A stretch of DNA of 64,000 bases from Opitutales bacterium (GCA_965226885.1 CBDDEL010000015.1:128001-192000), one strand, 5' to 3'; counted from the first letter of the stretch, positions 9,595-21,220 are shown. The notes: generated by a model not told the origin, from the letters alone. A program made the numbers and translations.

Positions 9595-10617
9595 ATGGCC
9601 GGTATTATGAAAAGTCGTATCACATTTAGAATTACCGTTATGGGAAAAATATTTTTTGCCCTGGCCGTTATTTTATTCGTTTTCACCTCCCGCGGCGGGG
9701 CGCAATTGACTGGCACCGTCGATGCTCAAAAAGGAGAGTTCTCCATCATAGCCATTCCCGACACACAGCGTTATGCCTACTACAATCCGGAACTTTTCTT
9801 TGCCCAGACAAAATGGATTGGGGACAACCGGGAAAATTTAAATATCCAGTTTGTCGTCCACCTCGGCGATATCGTCGATGAAAACACGGACGCCGAATGG
9901 AGGGTGGCGGATAAGGCCATGGGCACGCTAGATGGCGTCGTCCCCTACAGTGTCGCTCCCGGCAACCACGACATGAGCAAAATCAACGGGAAAGTCATTC
10001 ACAATTCGAGCAAGTATAACGCGATTTTCCCGCCCCTTCGATTCAAGGGAAATTCTTGGTATGGCGGGCACAAGGGCGTCACAAATGAAAACAATTACTG
10101 TTTTTTTCAAGCCGGGGGTCGGGAATACATGGTAGTGAGCCTGGAATACGGCCCTTCCGACGAGACCTTGCATTGGGCCAATGATTTGCTGCCCCGGTAT
10201 CCTCAAAAGCGGGTCATCGTAGTGACGCATTGTTATATGTATAACGATGATACGCGGTTGGGCGATGGCGATCGCTATAATCCCCACCATCACGACCCCA
10301 AATTCAACGATGGCGAACAAATGTGGGAAAAATTCGTGCGCCGCCATGAAAGCATTTTCCTCGTCCTCAGCGGCCATGTCAAAGGAGACGGGGCCGGACG
10401 CTTGATCAGCCAAGGCGATCATGGAAACCCGGTTTACCAGATTCTATCCAATTACCAGATGGCAGCCAACGGCGGCAATGGCTGGCTCAGAATCATGACC
10501 TTCGCCCCGAAGGATGAAAAGATCTTCGTTTCGACTTATTCGCCTTCTCTCGACCGCATGAACAAAGATTCAGAGCACGTCTTTGTCATCAACGAAAAGA
10601 CAATGGTATTTGAGTAA
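9595..10617 (+). CDS. Secreted calcineurin-like metallophosphoesterase
   Basis: Signal peptide; PDTQ, HLGDIVD, PGNHD, VTH and LSGH motifs. Confidence 0.85.
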   Translation: MAGIMKSRITFRITVMGKIFFALAVILFVFTSRGGAQLTGTVDAQKGEFSIIAIPDTQRYAYYNPELFFAQTKWIGDNRENLNIQFVVHLGDIVDENTDAEWRVADKAMGTLDGVVPYSVAPGNHDMSKINGKVIHNSSKYNAIFPPLRFKGNSWYGGHKGVTNENNYCFFQAGGREYMVVSLEYGPSDETLHWANDLLPRYPQKRVIVVTHCYMYNDDTRLGDGDRYNPHHHDPKFNDGEQMWEKFVRRHESIFLVLSGHVKGDGAGRLISQGDHGNPVYQILSNYQMAANGGNGWLRIMTFAPKDEKIFVSTYSPSLDRMNKDSEHVFVINEKTMVFE

Positions 10618-10643
10618 TAACGCGAGGAACTTCAAAATTCCGG

Positions 10644-13600
10644 TTACAGAAGCTTGCCTATTACCTGCAGTGCGACCGAGAGGGTGGCAAAATCGAGAGG
10701 CTCCGATGCTTTCATGTCTTCCAGGCTTTTGAGAGCATGCTCGAAGCTATCCCGGTGTTTCTGCAGCCAGTGGGCGACAGCCTCAGCGGGGGAGCGCTTG
10801 CCGCCGCCATTGCGGGCGGTTATGCGGACCACCAAATCCCGCTGCAATTGATAAATGTTTTCCCGTAATGTGCCCCTGGCTACGGCTTGCCAGTGCCCTT
10901 CCACCTGCAAATTTTCAATTTGGCTGCGCAGCCAGTTCAATTGCACCTGCACACCGGCATCAAAATAGCAGGCGGCCAGCCATTCAAGATCAGCTGCGCC
11001 GCCGGCCGCCACTTCGGTAATATCGAGGGCCGAATACATGAACTCAAGACCGGCAATGCGCCTGGCAATATTCTCGGAAACGCCATTTTCTTGCAGCCCC
11101 TGCGCAGTGGTTATAAATTTCTCCGGCCTCGCCAGCAATTGGGAAAGTTTTCCTACCAAAACATCCATGCCCGGCTTGTAGGCCGACACCGCTTCCTGGA
11201 TATTCACACACCGCCCCGGTGATTGCAGCAACCAGCGCGTGACATGCTTGAGGTTGCGGCTGATGTCGACCATTATGCCGTATTGCATGGAGGCGTCGAT
11301 GGCATTGTCCAGGCTCTCGATTTCCTTCCAAAGCGATCTTGCGTCAAAAACCTCCCTGGCAATGGTATAGGCGCGCGTTATGCGGGCGATGTCGGCCCCC
11401 GTCTCCTCCTGCATGCGGTAGGCGAAGGTAGGCCCCATACGATGGGCCATGCTGTTGGTGGCCAGCATAACAATGATTTCCCGCCGCAGAGTATGGCTTT
11501 CCATCAGGTCCCTATAAGGTTTGTGCAGGGGCATGGGGAAATAAATCTCCAGTTCCTGCGCCAGATAGCTGTCTTCGGGCACGGACGACTCGATCAAATC
11601 ATTATAAGTGGTTATTTTGGCATAGGAGAGAAGCACCGACAATTCCGGCCGGGTCAGGCCCAGCCCGGCTTTTTTGCGTTCCTCTATGGTGGCGTCGGAC
11701 GGCAGGAATTCCAGTTCGCGATTGAGAAAACCGTCGCGCTCGAGCGCCCGGATGAGAAAGGCGTGCTCGTTCAGCCGTTCCACCGCGGTAGATTCCATCA
11801 TGCTGATGGCCTGGGTTTGCCGATAGTTGCCCAATACCACCAGAGAGGCCACTTCATCGGTCATTTCATGCAGGAGTTTTTTGCGTTCATCTTCTCCCAG
11901 GCTGCCTTGCAGCAGGGCTTTGTTGAGCAGGATTTTTATATTAACCTCCCGGTCCGAGCAATCCACGCCGCCCACATTGTCGATAAAATCGGCGTTGATG
12001 CGACCCCCCATGAGGGCATACTCGACCCGGCCCAATTGGGTGAACCCTAGGTTGCCGCCCTCCCCGACGACCTTGCAGCGCAATTGGCGCCCGTCAACGC
12101 GCAGGCCCTCATTGGCGTGGTCGCCCACCTCGGCATTGCTTTCGGTCGAGGCTTTGCAATAAGTGCCGATGCCTCCATTCCAAAGCAAGTCCGCCTCCAA
12201 CTTCAAAATAGCCCGGATGAGAGCATTGGGGTTAAGGGAAGCCTCCTCCAGACCCAGCATTTTTTGCAATATGCTGTTGAGGTGAATCTCTTTCTCATCG
12301 CGGGAAAAAACGCCGCCTCCCTTCGATATCAATCCCCCGTTATAGTCCGCCCAGGTGGAGCGGGGCAGCTTGAACAATCTTTCCCTCTCGAGGTAGCTTT
12401 TCTCCGGGTCCGGATTGGGATCGAGAAAAATGTGCATGTGATTAAAGGCCGCTTGCAGCTTGAGATGCCGGGATTGCAGCAAACCATTGCCAAAAACATC
12501 ACCGGCCATGTCGCCGATGCCCACCACCGTTATATCCTCCTTTTGTGGGTCCCTGCCCATTTCGCGAAAATGCCTTTTAGCCGATTCCCAGGCCCCTCGG
12601 GCAGTGATGCCCATCACTTTGTGGTCGTACCCGACCGAGCCGCCGGAAGCAAAGGCGTCGCCCAGCCAGAATCCGTATTGGTGTGAAATCTCGTTGGCGA
12701 TATCGGAAAAAGTCGCCGTGCCCTTGTCGGCGGCAACGACCAGGTAAGGATCGTCCCGGTCGAGGCACACGGTTTGCTCCGGTCTGAGGATGCCTTTTTC
12801 ATTGATATTGTCCGTCAGATCGAGCAAACCGCTGACAAACCCACGGTAGCATTGCACGACCTCCGCCATGACTTCGTTGCGGTCCCCCGTTGGGGGTAGC
12901 TGCTTGGCCACAAAACCGCCTTTGGCTCCGTCCGGCACGATTACCGTATTTTTCACTACCTGTGCTTTCATCAGGCCGAGAACCTCGGTGCGAAAGTCCT
13001 CCCGGCGGTCCGACCAGCGAAGCCCGCCCCGGGCGATCCGGCCTCCCCTCAGGTGAATGCCCTCGAACCTCGGTGAATATACAAAAATTTCGAACATGGG
13101 CCGGGGCTCGGGCAAGTTGGGTATCTGCCGCGGGTCCATTTTTATGGACAAGCACGGTTTGAATGCGCCCTTTTCCCCGGTCTGAAAATAATTGGTTCTC
13201 AGGGTGGCCTTGATGACATCGAAGAAGCTCCGCAATATGCGGTCTTCATCCAGGCTGCGAACTTTACGCAGGGATTGCTGGAAGGTTTTGGAGAGGGAAG
13301 AATCTTTCCCTTGGCGCTGCTTTTTGGTTATTTTTTTTGGCTCGAACCGGTTTTCAAACAACTGGATGAGCAGGCGGGCCACCTCGTGATTTGACTCAAG
13401 GGCCTTTTCCATATAGGCTTGGCTGAAAGGGACGCCGGTTTGCAAAAGGTATTTGCAATAAGCGCGTAGCAATGTGGTTTGGCGGCTGGTCAGCCGGGAG
13501 CGCAATACCAGTTTATTGAAGCCGTCATTTTCCATCAGCCCAAGCCAGGTCTGGATAAAGGCATCCTTGAATATCCCGTCCACCTCTTTTGTCTCGAAGG

Positions 13601-15485
13601 CGTCCAATTGCCCGCACTCCATCTCGAAATCCTGCAACCGGATAACGGACCCATCCCGGAATTTCAATTTATAAGGCCTCTCACTGAGCACCTGTAGCCC
13701 CATGTTTTCCAGCATGGGCAAAACCTCGAATATGGGAATGACCTGCTCCCGGCGAATAATTTTCAGGCTCAGCTTGTTTTTTGAAAACGGCGGCGGCCGG
13801 TAAAGGATGAGGCGAAGATTTCCCGGCCCCGGCTCCAGCTTGGCCATTTGCGCGATATCCAGGGCGGCGTCCTGGGGCGCAACGTCTTCCCGATAAGCGG
13901 CCGGAAACGCTTTGCCGTAGCGACGGAAATGCCTGAGGCCTTCTTCCTCACCGAAATTATCCGTTAGGGCATCGCAAAGATTATCTTCCCAAGAGCGCAC
14001 CGTGGCGGCAATTTTCTGCTCGATGATGGGGACCTGCTCCTGAGGAAAAACCCAGGGTGTGGTGTGGATCGTAAAATGTACGCGGGCCAGGACGGACTCC
14101 GTCATAACCACACTCGATTTTACCCGTTTTCCCCGCAGAGCCATCATCAGAATGGACTGCACCCGCTCGCGTATGCGAGTGTTATAACGATCGCGCGGGA
14201 TGAATACGAGGCAGGAAAAATAACGCCCGAATGCCTCTCTGCGAATAAAGAGCTTCACTCTTTGGCGTTCCTGCAGATGAAGAATACCGGTACAAGTTTC
14301 CAGCAATTCCTGGGCGGTGCTTTGAAATAGCTCGTCCCTGGGATAGGTATTGAGGATGTGGACGAGAGCTTTTCCGGCGTGACTGGTGGGGTCCATTTCA
14401 GAAAGGGCGAGGACTTTTTCGACCTTGTGGCGAAGGAGAGGTATCTGCTGTGGAGTGCTGCTGTAGGCGGCGGAAGTAAAAAGCCCCAGAAAACGCTTTT
14501 CGCCCACCATCCTGCCGTCCGCATCATAATCTTTGACAGCTATGTAATCGAGGTCACCGGGCCGATGCACCGTCGCTTGCAGGTTGGCTTTGGTAAGAAC
14601 TAGGAGATTCTCGAACTGCCCTTGGCCCTGCCCCTCGCGCGACAAGGCATGATTGCTTTGGTATTTCTTATCGTCCTTGTCGCGTAATATTCCCAGCCCG
14701 GATTGGTGAGCCCGGTAAAGGACATCTTTCTCTTCCCCGGTCTCATATTTATATTCTCGATAACCCAGAAAGATAAAATTATCTTCCTCCATCCATTTGA
14801 CGAAAGCCAAGCATTCGGCCACCAATTCGGAATCCAGAGGCGGTGGGTTGAACTCGAGTTCATTGCAAATATTGCGCGCCTTAACCCTCATCTGCTGCCA
14901 GTCCTCGATCGATGCGCGCACATCCCGCATGGCCTCGGCAATATCGGTTTCCAACTGCTCGATAAATTCCGGGGCCGTCACCTGATCGATCTCGAAGTGC
15001 ATGAAAGACTCCAGCAAGCCATCGCCTTCGCCATTGCCCACATCCCCATTAGACTCAATCACTTCAACCAGGCGCCCTTCCGGGTCGCGCCGCACCCGCA
15101 TTATCGGGTGGATCGTCAAGTGGATGGACAAGCCATGCTTGTTGACCGCCATGCCCAGAGAATCGACCAGGAACGGCATGTCGTCGTTGACCATTTCAAT
15201 AACCGTGTGATTGGACTCCCACCCGCTTTTTGACCGTGTGGGGTTAAAGATGCGCAGGATCGTTTCTCCCGTCCGGCGAACGCTGCCAAAGCGCAAATGT
15301 CCCAAAGCGCTCTGGCCAAGATCGGCCGCCTGATACTCCATAAGGTCTTCCTCCGCTACCGACTGGTAATAACGGCGAACGAATGTTTCCGCCAAAGAGG
15401 GAGGCAAATCGCCAGGGCTGGACCGGGCGAAATCCAGAGTTTCACTGAGCAGTTGGGGTTTCACCTGTTCTAGTTGCGCACGCAT
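10644..15485 (-). CDS. gdhB: Large NAD-specific glutamate dehydrogenase
   Basis: 1613 aa; ARGGLRWSDRREDFRTEVLGLMKAQ, YLVVAADKGTATFSD and GIGDMAGDVFGNG motifs. Confidence 0.96.
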   Translation of the reverse strand: MRAQLEQVKPQLLSETLDFARSSPGDLPPSLAETFVRRYYQSVAEEDLMEYQAADLGQSALGHLRFGSVRRTGETILRIFNPTRSKSGWESNHTVIEMVNDDMPFLVDSLGMAVNKHGLSIHLTIHPIMRVRRDPEGRLVEVIESNGDVGNGEGDGLLESFMHFEIDQVTAPEFIEQLETDIAEAMRDVRASIEDWQQMRVKARNICNELEFNPPPLDSELVAECLAFVKWMEEDNFIFLGYREYKYETGEEKDVLYRAHQSGLGILRDKDDKKYQSNHALSREGQGQGQFENLLVLTKANLQATVHRPGDLDYIAVKDYDADGRMVGEKRFLGLFTSAAYSSTPQQIPLLRHKVEKVLALSEMDPTSHAGKALVHILNTYPRDELFQSTAQELLETCTGILHLQERQRVKLFIRREAFGRYFSCLVFIPRDRYNTRIRERVQSILMMALRGKRVKSSVVMTESVLARVHFTIHTTPWVFPQEQVPIIEQKIAATVRSWEDNLCDALTDNFGEEEGLRHFRRYGKAFPAAYREDVAPQDAALDIAQMAKLEPGPGNLRLILYRPPPFSKNKLSLKIIRREQVIPIFEVLPMLENMGLQVLSERPYKLKFRDGSVIRLQDFEMECGQLDAFETKEVDGIFKDAFIQTWLGLMENDGFNKLVLRSRLTSRQTTLLRAYCKYLLQTGVPFSQAYMEKALESNHEVARLLIQLFENRFEPKKITKKQRQGKDSSLSKTFQQSLRKVRSLDEDRILRSFFDVIKATLRTNYFQTGEKGAFKPCLSIKMDPRQIPNLPEPRPMFEIFVYSPRFEGIHLRGGRIARGGLRWSDRREDFRTEVLGLMKAQVVKNTVIVPDGAKGGFVAKQLPPTGDRNEVMAEVVQCYRGFVSGLLDLTDNINEKGILRPEQTVCLDRDDPYLVVAADKGTATFSDIANEISHQYGFWLGDAFASGGSVGYDHKVMGITARGAWESAKRHFREMGRDPQKEDITVVGIGDMAGDVFGNGLLQSRHLKLQAAFNHMHIFLDPNPDPEKSYLERERLFKLPRSTWADYNGGLISKGGGVFSRDEKEIHLNSILQKMLGLEEASLNPNALIRAILKLEADLLWNGGIGTYCKASTESNAEVGDHANEGLRVDGRQLRCKVVGEGGNLGFTQLGRVEYALMGGRINADFIDNVGGVDCSDREVNIKILLNKALLQGSLGEDERKKLLHEMTDEVASLVVLGNYRQTQAISMMESTAVERLNEHAFLIRALERDGFLNRELEFLPSDATIEERKKAGLGLTRPELSVLLSYAKITTYNDLIESSVPEDSYLAQELEIYFPMPLHKPYRDLMESHTLRREIIVMLATNSMAHRMGPTFAYRMQEETGADIARITRAYTIAREVFDARSLWKEIESLDNAIDASMQYGIMVDISRNLKHVTRWLLQSPGRCVNIQEAVSAYKPGMDVLVGKLSQLLARPEKFITTAQGLQENGVSENIARRIAGLEFMYSALDITEVAAGGAADLEWLAACYFDAGVQVQLNWLRSQIENLQVEGHWQAVARGTLRENIYQLQRDLVVRITARNGGGKRSPAEAVAHWLQKHRDSFEHALKSLEDMKASEPLDFATLSVALQVIGKLL

Positions 15486-15648
15486 GGAGTTGAGAATGAT
15501 TTATCGACATAATCATTCCAAAATTAATCGGAAGGTGGGGCGAGGTAGTAGAGTCCACAAATTTTACGACACAGCAATAGCCTTGCCATTAAACCGGTCA
15601 AAACCTATACTGGGCCTTTTCTTCATTCCGAGCAAGCCCGCTTTTAGC

Positions 15649-17856
15649 ATGAAATTCTCAAACCTCTCTCAATGTTTTTGTGCAGTTCTTTTAGGTTCCT
15701 TCCAATTGCTGATGGCAGACGATCCCACTATCCGCCACAAAATCTACCAAGCGCCGCCCGGTCCGCCCCCTACCCAGGGACCAACTGAAAAACAAAAGCA
15801 AGCGCCCACCAAGCAGCCATCCGCTACAGCCGTGGGCACCCAATACCTCATTGGCGATCCCAGCGATGAGGAGCAACTGGTTCTGGAACTGATCAACCGC
15901 TCACGGGCCGACGCCAACGCCGAAGCCCAGCGCTACCTCAACATCCTGCAAAACAACCTCAATGCGGATATTGTCAGCTCGGTCGATTTTTTCGCACAAA
16001 CCTTGATTACGAGTGTTGCGGAAGGCGAGCGCTACAACACCTTTCTGACCGCCATGGTGGACCAGTTTGCGCTTCAGCCGCAAAATCAACCTCCCTTGTC
16101 ATTCAATTCCGATTTGATTGATGCGGCCAGGATTCACAGCAATGATATGTTTCAAAACGCCTTCCAGTCCCATACCGGCACGGACGGCAGAAGCTCCAGC
16201 CAGCGAATGGGTGACGAGGGTTATCCACAGACGGGGTTTCGGGGAGAGAACATCTTCGCTTTTTCCGATAGCGCCGAGCAAGGCCACGCCGGCTTCGACA
16301 TCGATTGGGGGACAAGCGGGACTACTGGATTGAATGAAAACGGCATGCAATCGCCGCCGGGGCACCGCAATAACATCCATAGTTCGAATTTCACCGAAAT
16401 TGGCATCGGAGTAACCCTTGGGGTCAATACGGTTAACAACACCACGGTGGGGCCGTTCGTTCTCACCCAGGATATGGGTTCGCGCTCCGATATCACACCA
16501 TTCATCACCGGGGTGGCCTATTATGACATTAATGGGAACGATTTTTACGATTTGGGCGAAGGGCTCAGCGGCATCACGGTGGAAGTGGCCGGAAACGACT
16601 TTTTCGCCATCACCACGACCAGCGGCGCATATTCGGTGCCTGTCCCGGGAGACGGTTCCTATTCCGTCACTTACTCGGGAACGGGTTTTGATGATGTCAT
16701 GGAAACGGTGGACATCAGCGGGGAAGCGAGCGAAAAAGTCGATTATACCCCCGTTTACAATGAGCCGGTCATCACCCCGCCCGCCATCGTGGCCGTCGGA
16801 TCCAACAATAGCTTTCAATTTACCACGGTGGGCGGCGCCACCGGTTACAATATCAGAGAATCCACCCTTTTGGGCGGAACTCCGACCGAAGACGCCGAGG
16901 ACAACGGAACCAATTGGACCATCGAGCCCGCTGATCCCGGCTATAATATTGTGCAAACATTTGATGTTCCACCTGGCGGCGGGTCGAGGGCGTTCCACCT
17001 CGCCCACCCCGATTTTGTGAATCAGGTTTACACCCTTTCGCGCACCTTTTTCCCGGGGGCTTCGAGCAGCCTGCAATTTCAAAGCAGGCTTGGCCTGGCT
17101 ACCACAGGAGAGTTCGCCATTATAGAAGTTTCCGTAGATGGGGGCAGCAGTTGGGAGGAAGTATTCAGCCAGGCCGGAACGAATAGCTCTAGTGAGTCCA
17201 GCTTCAGGCAGGCAACCGTTCCTCTTTCCGATTTTCAAGATAAAGCCATAAATATCCGTTTCTTCTTTAAGACCACGGGAAGCCTTTTCACAAACCCACC
17301 CAATGAAACCGGCTGGTATTTTGACAATATCACCCTGACCGATACCCAGGAATTGGGCGGCGTGGTGGAAGGTGAAATCGGGCCCGGCTCCTCCTTCACC
17401 TTCAATCCGGAAGCGGTAGGAACTTTTCTTTTGCAGGTGCAAGCCATTAACAACGATCGCTTTTTCCCCTTCGGACCGGCCATCGTCGTGCAATCGGAAA
17501 TCTCGACCGGTTCAACGGATGTCTTCCGGGGCGAACCCATCGACGAGTTCCCCGGTTGGATGGCTTCGGCCTGGTACAAGAATTACAACATCGATATTTG
17601 GCCCTGGATTTTCCACGACGAACACCACTGGCAGTTTGTCGACTCGGGGAGCAGCGAATCGGTTATTTTCCTATGGGACCTCGGTTTGGAGCAATGGATT
17701 TTCCTGAATGAAAATACCTACCGCTGGATCTTCATCTTCGGGGGCGACAACACCGGCTGGGCCTTCACCTTCAACGACAACAGGCCGGGACGCCGCTTCT
17801 TCGCCAGGCTCGATGGCAGCCTCTCCAGCGTCCCCCCGGATTTACCCGTGAATTGA
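15649..17856 (+). CDS. Secreted CAP/SCP-domain protein with beta-sandwich domains and Trp-rich C-terminal domain
   Basis: Signal peptide from ATG 15649 (MKFSNLSQCFCAVLLGSFQLLMA); CAP motifs AARIHSNDM, GENI and SPPGHRNNI; C-terminal domain at 17518-17856. Confidence 0.8.
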   Translation: MKFSNLSQCFCAVLLGSFQLLMADDPTIRHKIYQAPPGPPPTQGPTEKQKQAPTKQPSATAVGTQYLIGDPSDEEQLVLELINRSRADANAEAQRYLNILQNNLNADIVSSVDFFAQTLITSVAEGERYNTFLTAMVDQFALQPQNQPPLSFNSDLIDAARIHSNDMFQNAFQSHTGTDGRSSSQRMGDEGYPQTGFRGENIFAFSDSAEQGHAGFDIDWGTSGTTGLNENGMQSPPGHRNNIHSSNFTEIGIGVTLGVNTVNNTTVGPFVLTQDMGSRSDITPFITGVAYYDINGNDFYDLGEGLSGITVEVAGNDFFAITTTSGAYSVPVPGDGSYSVTYSGTGFDDVMETVDISGEASEKVDYTPVYNEPVITPPAIVAVGSNNSFQFTTVGGATGYNIRESTLLGGTPTEDAEDNGTNWTIEPADPGYNIVQTFDVPPGGGSRAFHLAHPDFVNQVYTLSRTFFPGASSSLQFQSRLGLATTGEFAIIEVSVDGGSSWEEVFSQAGTNSSSESSFRQATVPLSDFQDKAINIRFFFKTTGSLFTNPPNETGWYFDNITLTDTQELGGVVEGEIGPGSSFTFNPEAVGTFLLQVQAINNDRFFPFGPAIVVQSEISTGSTDVFRGEPIDEFPGWMASAWYKNYNIDIWPWIFHDEHHWQFVDSGSSESVIFLWDLGLEQWIFLNENTYRWIFIFGGDNTGWAFTFNDNRPGRRFFARLDGSLSSVPPDLPVN

Positions 17857-18290
17857 TTGAGTCTGGTTTGGACCAATCAGAACGCAATCCCTCCTCGTTT
17901 TGCGGGATTACTGGTGCAGTACGTTTGACATCAGGGAAAAAGTAGAACACCTTAAGAAACACCATATGCAAATAGCTTTTGCTAATCACTGCGTTAATCT
18001 CTAACGTTTAATGATTATCATGCCGACAAAACACCCTTACCTCTCAATATTCAGTTATCGAATTGCCTTCATTATCAATATCTTACTGATATTGAACACA
18101 GCCACCCATGCCCAAACGGTCGAAATACCCGATAGCAATCTGAAGGCGGCCATCCGCAACACTCTGGGAATTCCCACGGCTGAATTGACCTCGTCTGACT
18201 TGGCTAACCTGACTACCCTTGTGGCGACAGACTCAAATATTACCGACCTGACCGGCCTGGAGGCAGCCGTGAACCTGACTACGCTTAATC
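17818..18290 (+). repeat. Direct repeat (C-terminal domain end, intergenic spacer, LRR gene 5' end); second copy at ~23701-24170
   Basis: Near-identical gtgaattgattgagtctggtttgg...atgccgacaaaacacccttacc...ggaggcagccgtgaacctgact in both places. Confidence 0.9.
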
Positions 18291-18476
18291 TCAATGACAA
18301 CCAGATCAATGACCTCAGCGCCTTGAGCGGCCTCACTAACCTGACAGAGTTAAACCTTCGATTCATCAACGCTTCCCGTCTAAACCGGACCATCGATCTC
18401 AGTGCCCTGAGCAGACTCACCAGTCTGACATTGCTAGTCTTCTCCCACAACCAGATCAACGATATTAGTGCCCTAA

Positions 18477-20043
18477 CCCGGATATTTCGTAAAAAAAGTA
18501 TCGTTGATATGCTTAACTGCTGATATACAGCAGGATAGATCAATAATTAAAGCAATATCAGCGATGACAAAAGGTAAACAATTAAAGCTACAGTTGACAA
18601 GGGTAAAAGGCCGCCGTGTGCGGGTTGATTTCAAGGGCGGAGAGGTTACTTCGGATGCCGGACTGCTTTTGATCCGGGAAGTGGATCGGCAGTTGGGCTT
18701 GACCGAACGAGCGGCCCGACAGTTAGTGGACAAACGGCAGAAGGGCAAAGTACGCCATGAGGTCTTGGGGATGCTGCGGCAGCGCGTTTACGGGCTGGTG
18801 GCGGGCTATGAGGATTTGAACGACTTTGATACCCTGCGCCACGATCCATTGTTGCAAACGGTAACGGGGCGCATTGAAACGTTGGCCAGCGCGCCGACTT
18901 TGTGTCGTTTTGAAAACGGGCAGGATCGGCGGGCGGCCTTTGCGGTAAACGAGCTGTTGGTCGAACAGTTCATGGGCTCCTTTGCCGAGGAACCCGAAGA
19001 GATCATCCTGGACTTTGACGCCACCGACAATCCGGTGCACGGGCTCCAGGAGGGACGTTTTTTCCACGGTTATTATGATCATTACTGTTTTCTGCCGCTA
19101 TATGTTTTTTGCGGTGATCAGCTGCTGGTGGCCTACCTGCGGCCGAGCAAGATCGATGCCAGCAAGCATGCCGGGGCCATCCTCAAATTGCTGGTTAAAC
19201 GGATTCGCCAAAGCTGGCCCCGTACGCGGATTATTTGGCGCGCCGACAGTGGATTTTGTCGAGACCGGATACTCTCTTGGTGCGACCGCAACGAAGTTAG
19301 TTACATCGTGGGGATGGCTCGCAATGCACGCTTGCAGCAAGACGCCCAGCAGTTGCAAAAGCAGGCCAAAGAATGGTTCGAACTAAGGGGTAAAAAACAA
19401 CGGTTATTCCAGGACTTCGTCTATGCTGCCGATTCGTGGCGATGGCTGCGGTTGGTCATCCATAAAGCCGAACACACCGCACAGGGGTCCAACCCGCGCT
19501 TCGTGGTGACGAACCTGCCGGGCGATCCCCAGGAGCTTTACGACAAGGTATACTGTGGCCGCGGTGAAATGGAGAACCGAATCAAGGAACAGATGCAATT
19601 GTTCAGCGAGCGCACCAGCGCCCATCAATGGTGGGCCAATCAGTGCCGATTGCTCTTGTCGGCGCTGGCCTACACCTTGATGGAAGCCATGCGCCGGTTA
19701 GCCTTAAAAGGGACGAAGTGGGCGCGGGCCCAATGCCACACCCTGCGGCTCAAATTAATCAAGATCGGAGCGGTCATCGTGCGCAACACCCGAACGATTC
19801 ACTTTCACCTAAGTGAGAGTTATCCTTGGGCCAGTCTTCTCAACCATGCGGCCCGCCGATTGGTGCCAACCTAAAGGGTGCATTGGTGCTGCCCCCGGCA
19901 CTACCGAACCAATGGGGGAAAGGGGGCAGTGTCTCTACACCCTGAAAAACACCTAAAAATCAAGACGATCTGCTCAAAATACAAAGAAATCCATCTCCAA
20001 TAGCAATAACGAGCCAAACTTTACCCTTCATGAAATATCCGGG
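18477..20043 (+). mobile_element. Complete IS1380-family element
   Basis: Inverted repeats CCCGGATATTTCRT; target duplication CTAA (18473-18476, 20044-20047). Confidence 0.93.
18564..19874 (+). CDS. IS1380-family transposase
   Basis: GGEVTSDAG, LDFDATD, RADSGF and RGEMENRIKE motifs. Confidence 0.93.
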   Translation: MTKGKQLKLQLTRVKGRRVRVDFKGGEVTSDAGLLLIREVDRQLGLTERAARQLVDKRQKGKVRHEVLGMLRQRVYGLVAGYEDLNDFDTLRHDPLLQTVTGRIETLASAPTLCRFENGQDRRAAFAVNELLVEQFMGSFAEEPEEIILDFDATDNPVHGLQEGRFFHGYYDHYCFLPLYVFCGDQLLVAYLRPSKIDASKHAGAILKLLVKRIRQSWPRTRIIWRADSGFCRDRILSWCDRNEVSYIVGMARNARLQQDAQQLQKQAKEWFELRGKKQRLFQDFVYAADSWRWLRLVIHKAEHTAQGSNPRFVVTNLPGDPQELYDKVYCGRGEMENRIKEQMQLFSERTSAHQWWANQCRLLLSALAYTLMEAMRRLALKGTKWARAQCHTLRLKLIKIGAVIVRNTRTIHFHLSESYPWASLLNHAARRLVPT

Positions 20044-20302
20044 CTAAGTGGGCTCACCAGCCTGACAAGTTTAGACCTCAGTTACAACCAAATCAGCGAT
20101 CTCAACGCTTTAAGCGGACTCACCAACTTGATAGAGTTAAACCTCAACAATTTCAGTGGCCAGAGTGATATTTTCGACCTGACAGGATTAAATCCCAACC
20201 CGATCATTGATCTCAGTGCTCTAAGCGGGCTCACCAACCTGACGTGTACTGGATTTGTTGGACACGGGATTCTCTTATATTCATTGTTTATTGATTAGTG
20301 TG

Positions 20303-21220
20303 TCAGGCGGCTTGTTTTGGTAAAGGGTTTTGTTTTCTCGTTGCCCCCCATGGGGGGCAAATATTTTCCTCGAATTGGACTGGGCTTTGGTAACTCAGAG
20401 AGGAATGTTTGCGATATCGGTTGTAGAAGATTTCCACGTATTCGAAGACAGTTGATCGCAGTTCGCGCTCGTCGGCAAAGTGGCGGCCTCGAATCGTGCT
20501 GGTCTTGAAGCGGCCGTAGAACGATTCCATGGCCGCGTTGTCGTAGCAGTTGCCTTGGGCGCTCATGCTCGGCTTCATGCCTAGTTCAGAGACCAGCCTC
20601 TGATAGTCGTCGCTGGCGTAGGGGCTGCCCCGATCGCTGTGATGAATAATCCCGGTGCGCAGTGTGCCGCGGGTCATGGCCGCGGCTTTGAGGGCCTTGC
20701 CAACCAGCTTCGCGTCGTTGTGGTTGGAAACGCTCCAGCCCAGCAGGCGTCGGCTGAACAGGTCCATCACCGTGGCCAAGTACATCCAACCGGCCAGGGT
20801 CCGTAGGTAGGTCGTGTCCGCCACCCAGACCTCGTCGATATGGGTCGGCTGGCCATGCTTTTTAAGCACATTGGGGCTGTAACCATAGGGATGGTTACTG
20901 TTGGTTTTTAATGGCTTAAAGCGTTTACTCTGGGTGCTTTTGATTCCCATTTCACGCATCAGACGCAGAGCCCGGTCACGGCCGCAATCGATGCCCTCAT
21001 CATCCTTCAGATGGCGGTGCATTGGCCGATGCCCATAGCGGCCCTTGGCCTCTTTGTGTACCTTCAGGATCGCCCCCTTGATTCCCTCGTCCTCGATCCG
21101 CCGGGCCGAGGGCGCTCGGTGCCTCCAGCAGTAATAGCCACTGCGACAAATCCCCATCGCCGAGCATATTTCCTCGATCTTGAAGCGCCCCTCGTTGTCT
21201 TTGACAAACTGGTACTTCAT
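20303..21220 (-). CDS. IS3 OrfB (DDE integrase core)
   Basis: WVADTTY, HHSDRGSPY and CYDNAAMESF motifs. Confidence 0.92.
   Translation of the reverse strand: MKYQFVKDNEGRFKIEEICSAMGICRSGYYCWRHRAPSARRIEDEGIKGAILKVHKEAKGRYGHRPMHRHLKDDEGIDCGRDRALRLMREMGIKSTQSKRFKPLKTNSNHPYGYSPNVLKKHGQPTHIDEVWVADTTYLRTLAGWMYLATVMDLFSRRLLGWSVSNHNDAKLVGKALKAAAMTRGTLRTGIIHHSDRGSPYASDDYQRLVSELGMKPSMSAQGNCYDNAAMESFYGRFKTSTIRGRHFADERELRSTVFEYVEIFYNRYRKHSSLSYQSPVQFEENICPPWGATRKQNPLPKQAA

Noticed and set aside
15484..15648. N-terminal extension of the 790-aa ORF
   Set aside because: It overlaps the gdhB start and divergent promoter region; the signal peptide begins at ATG 15649.
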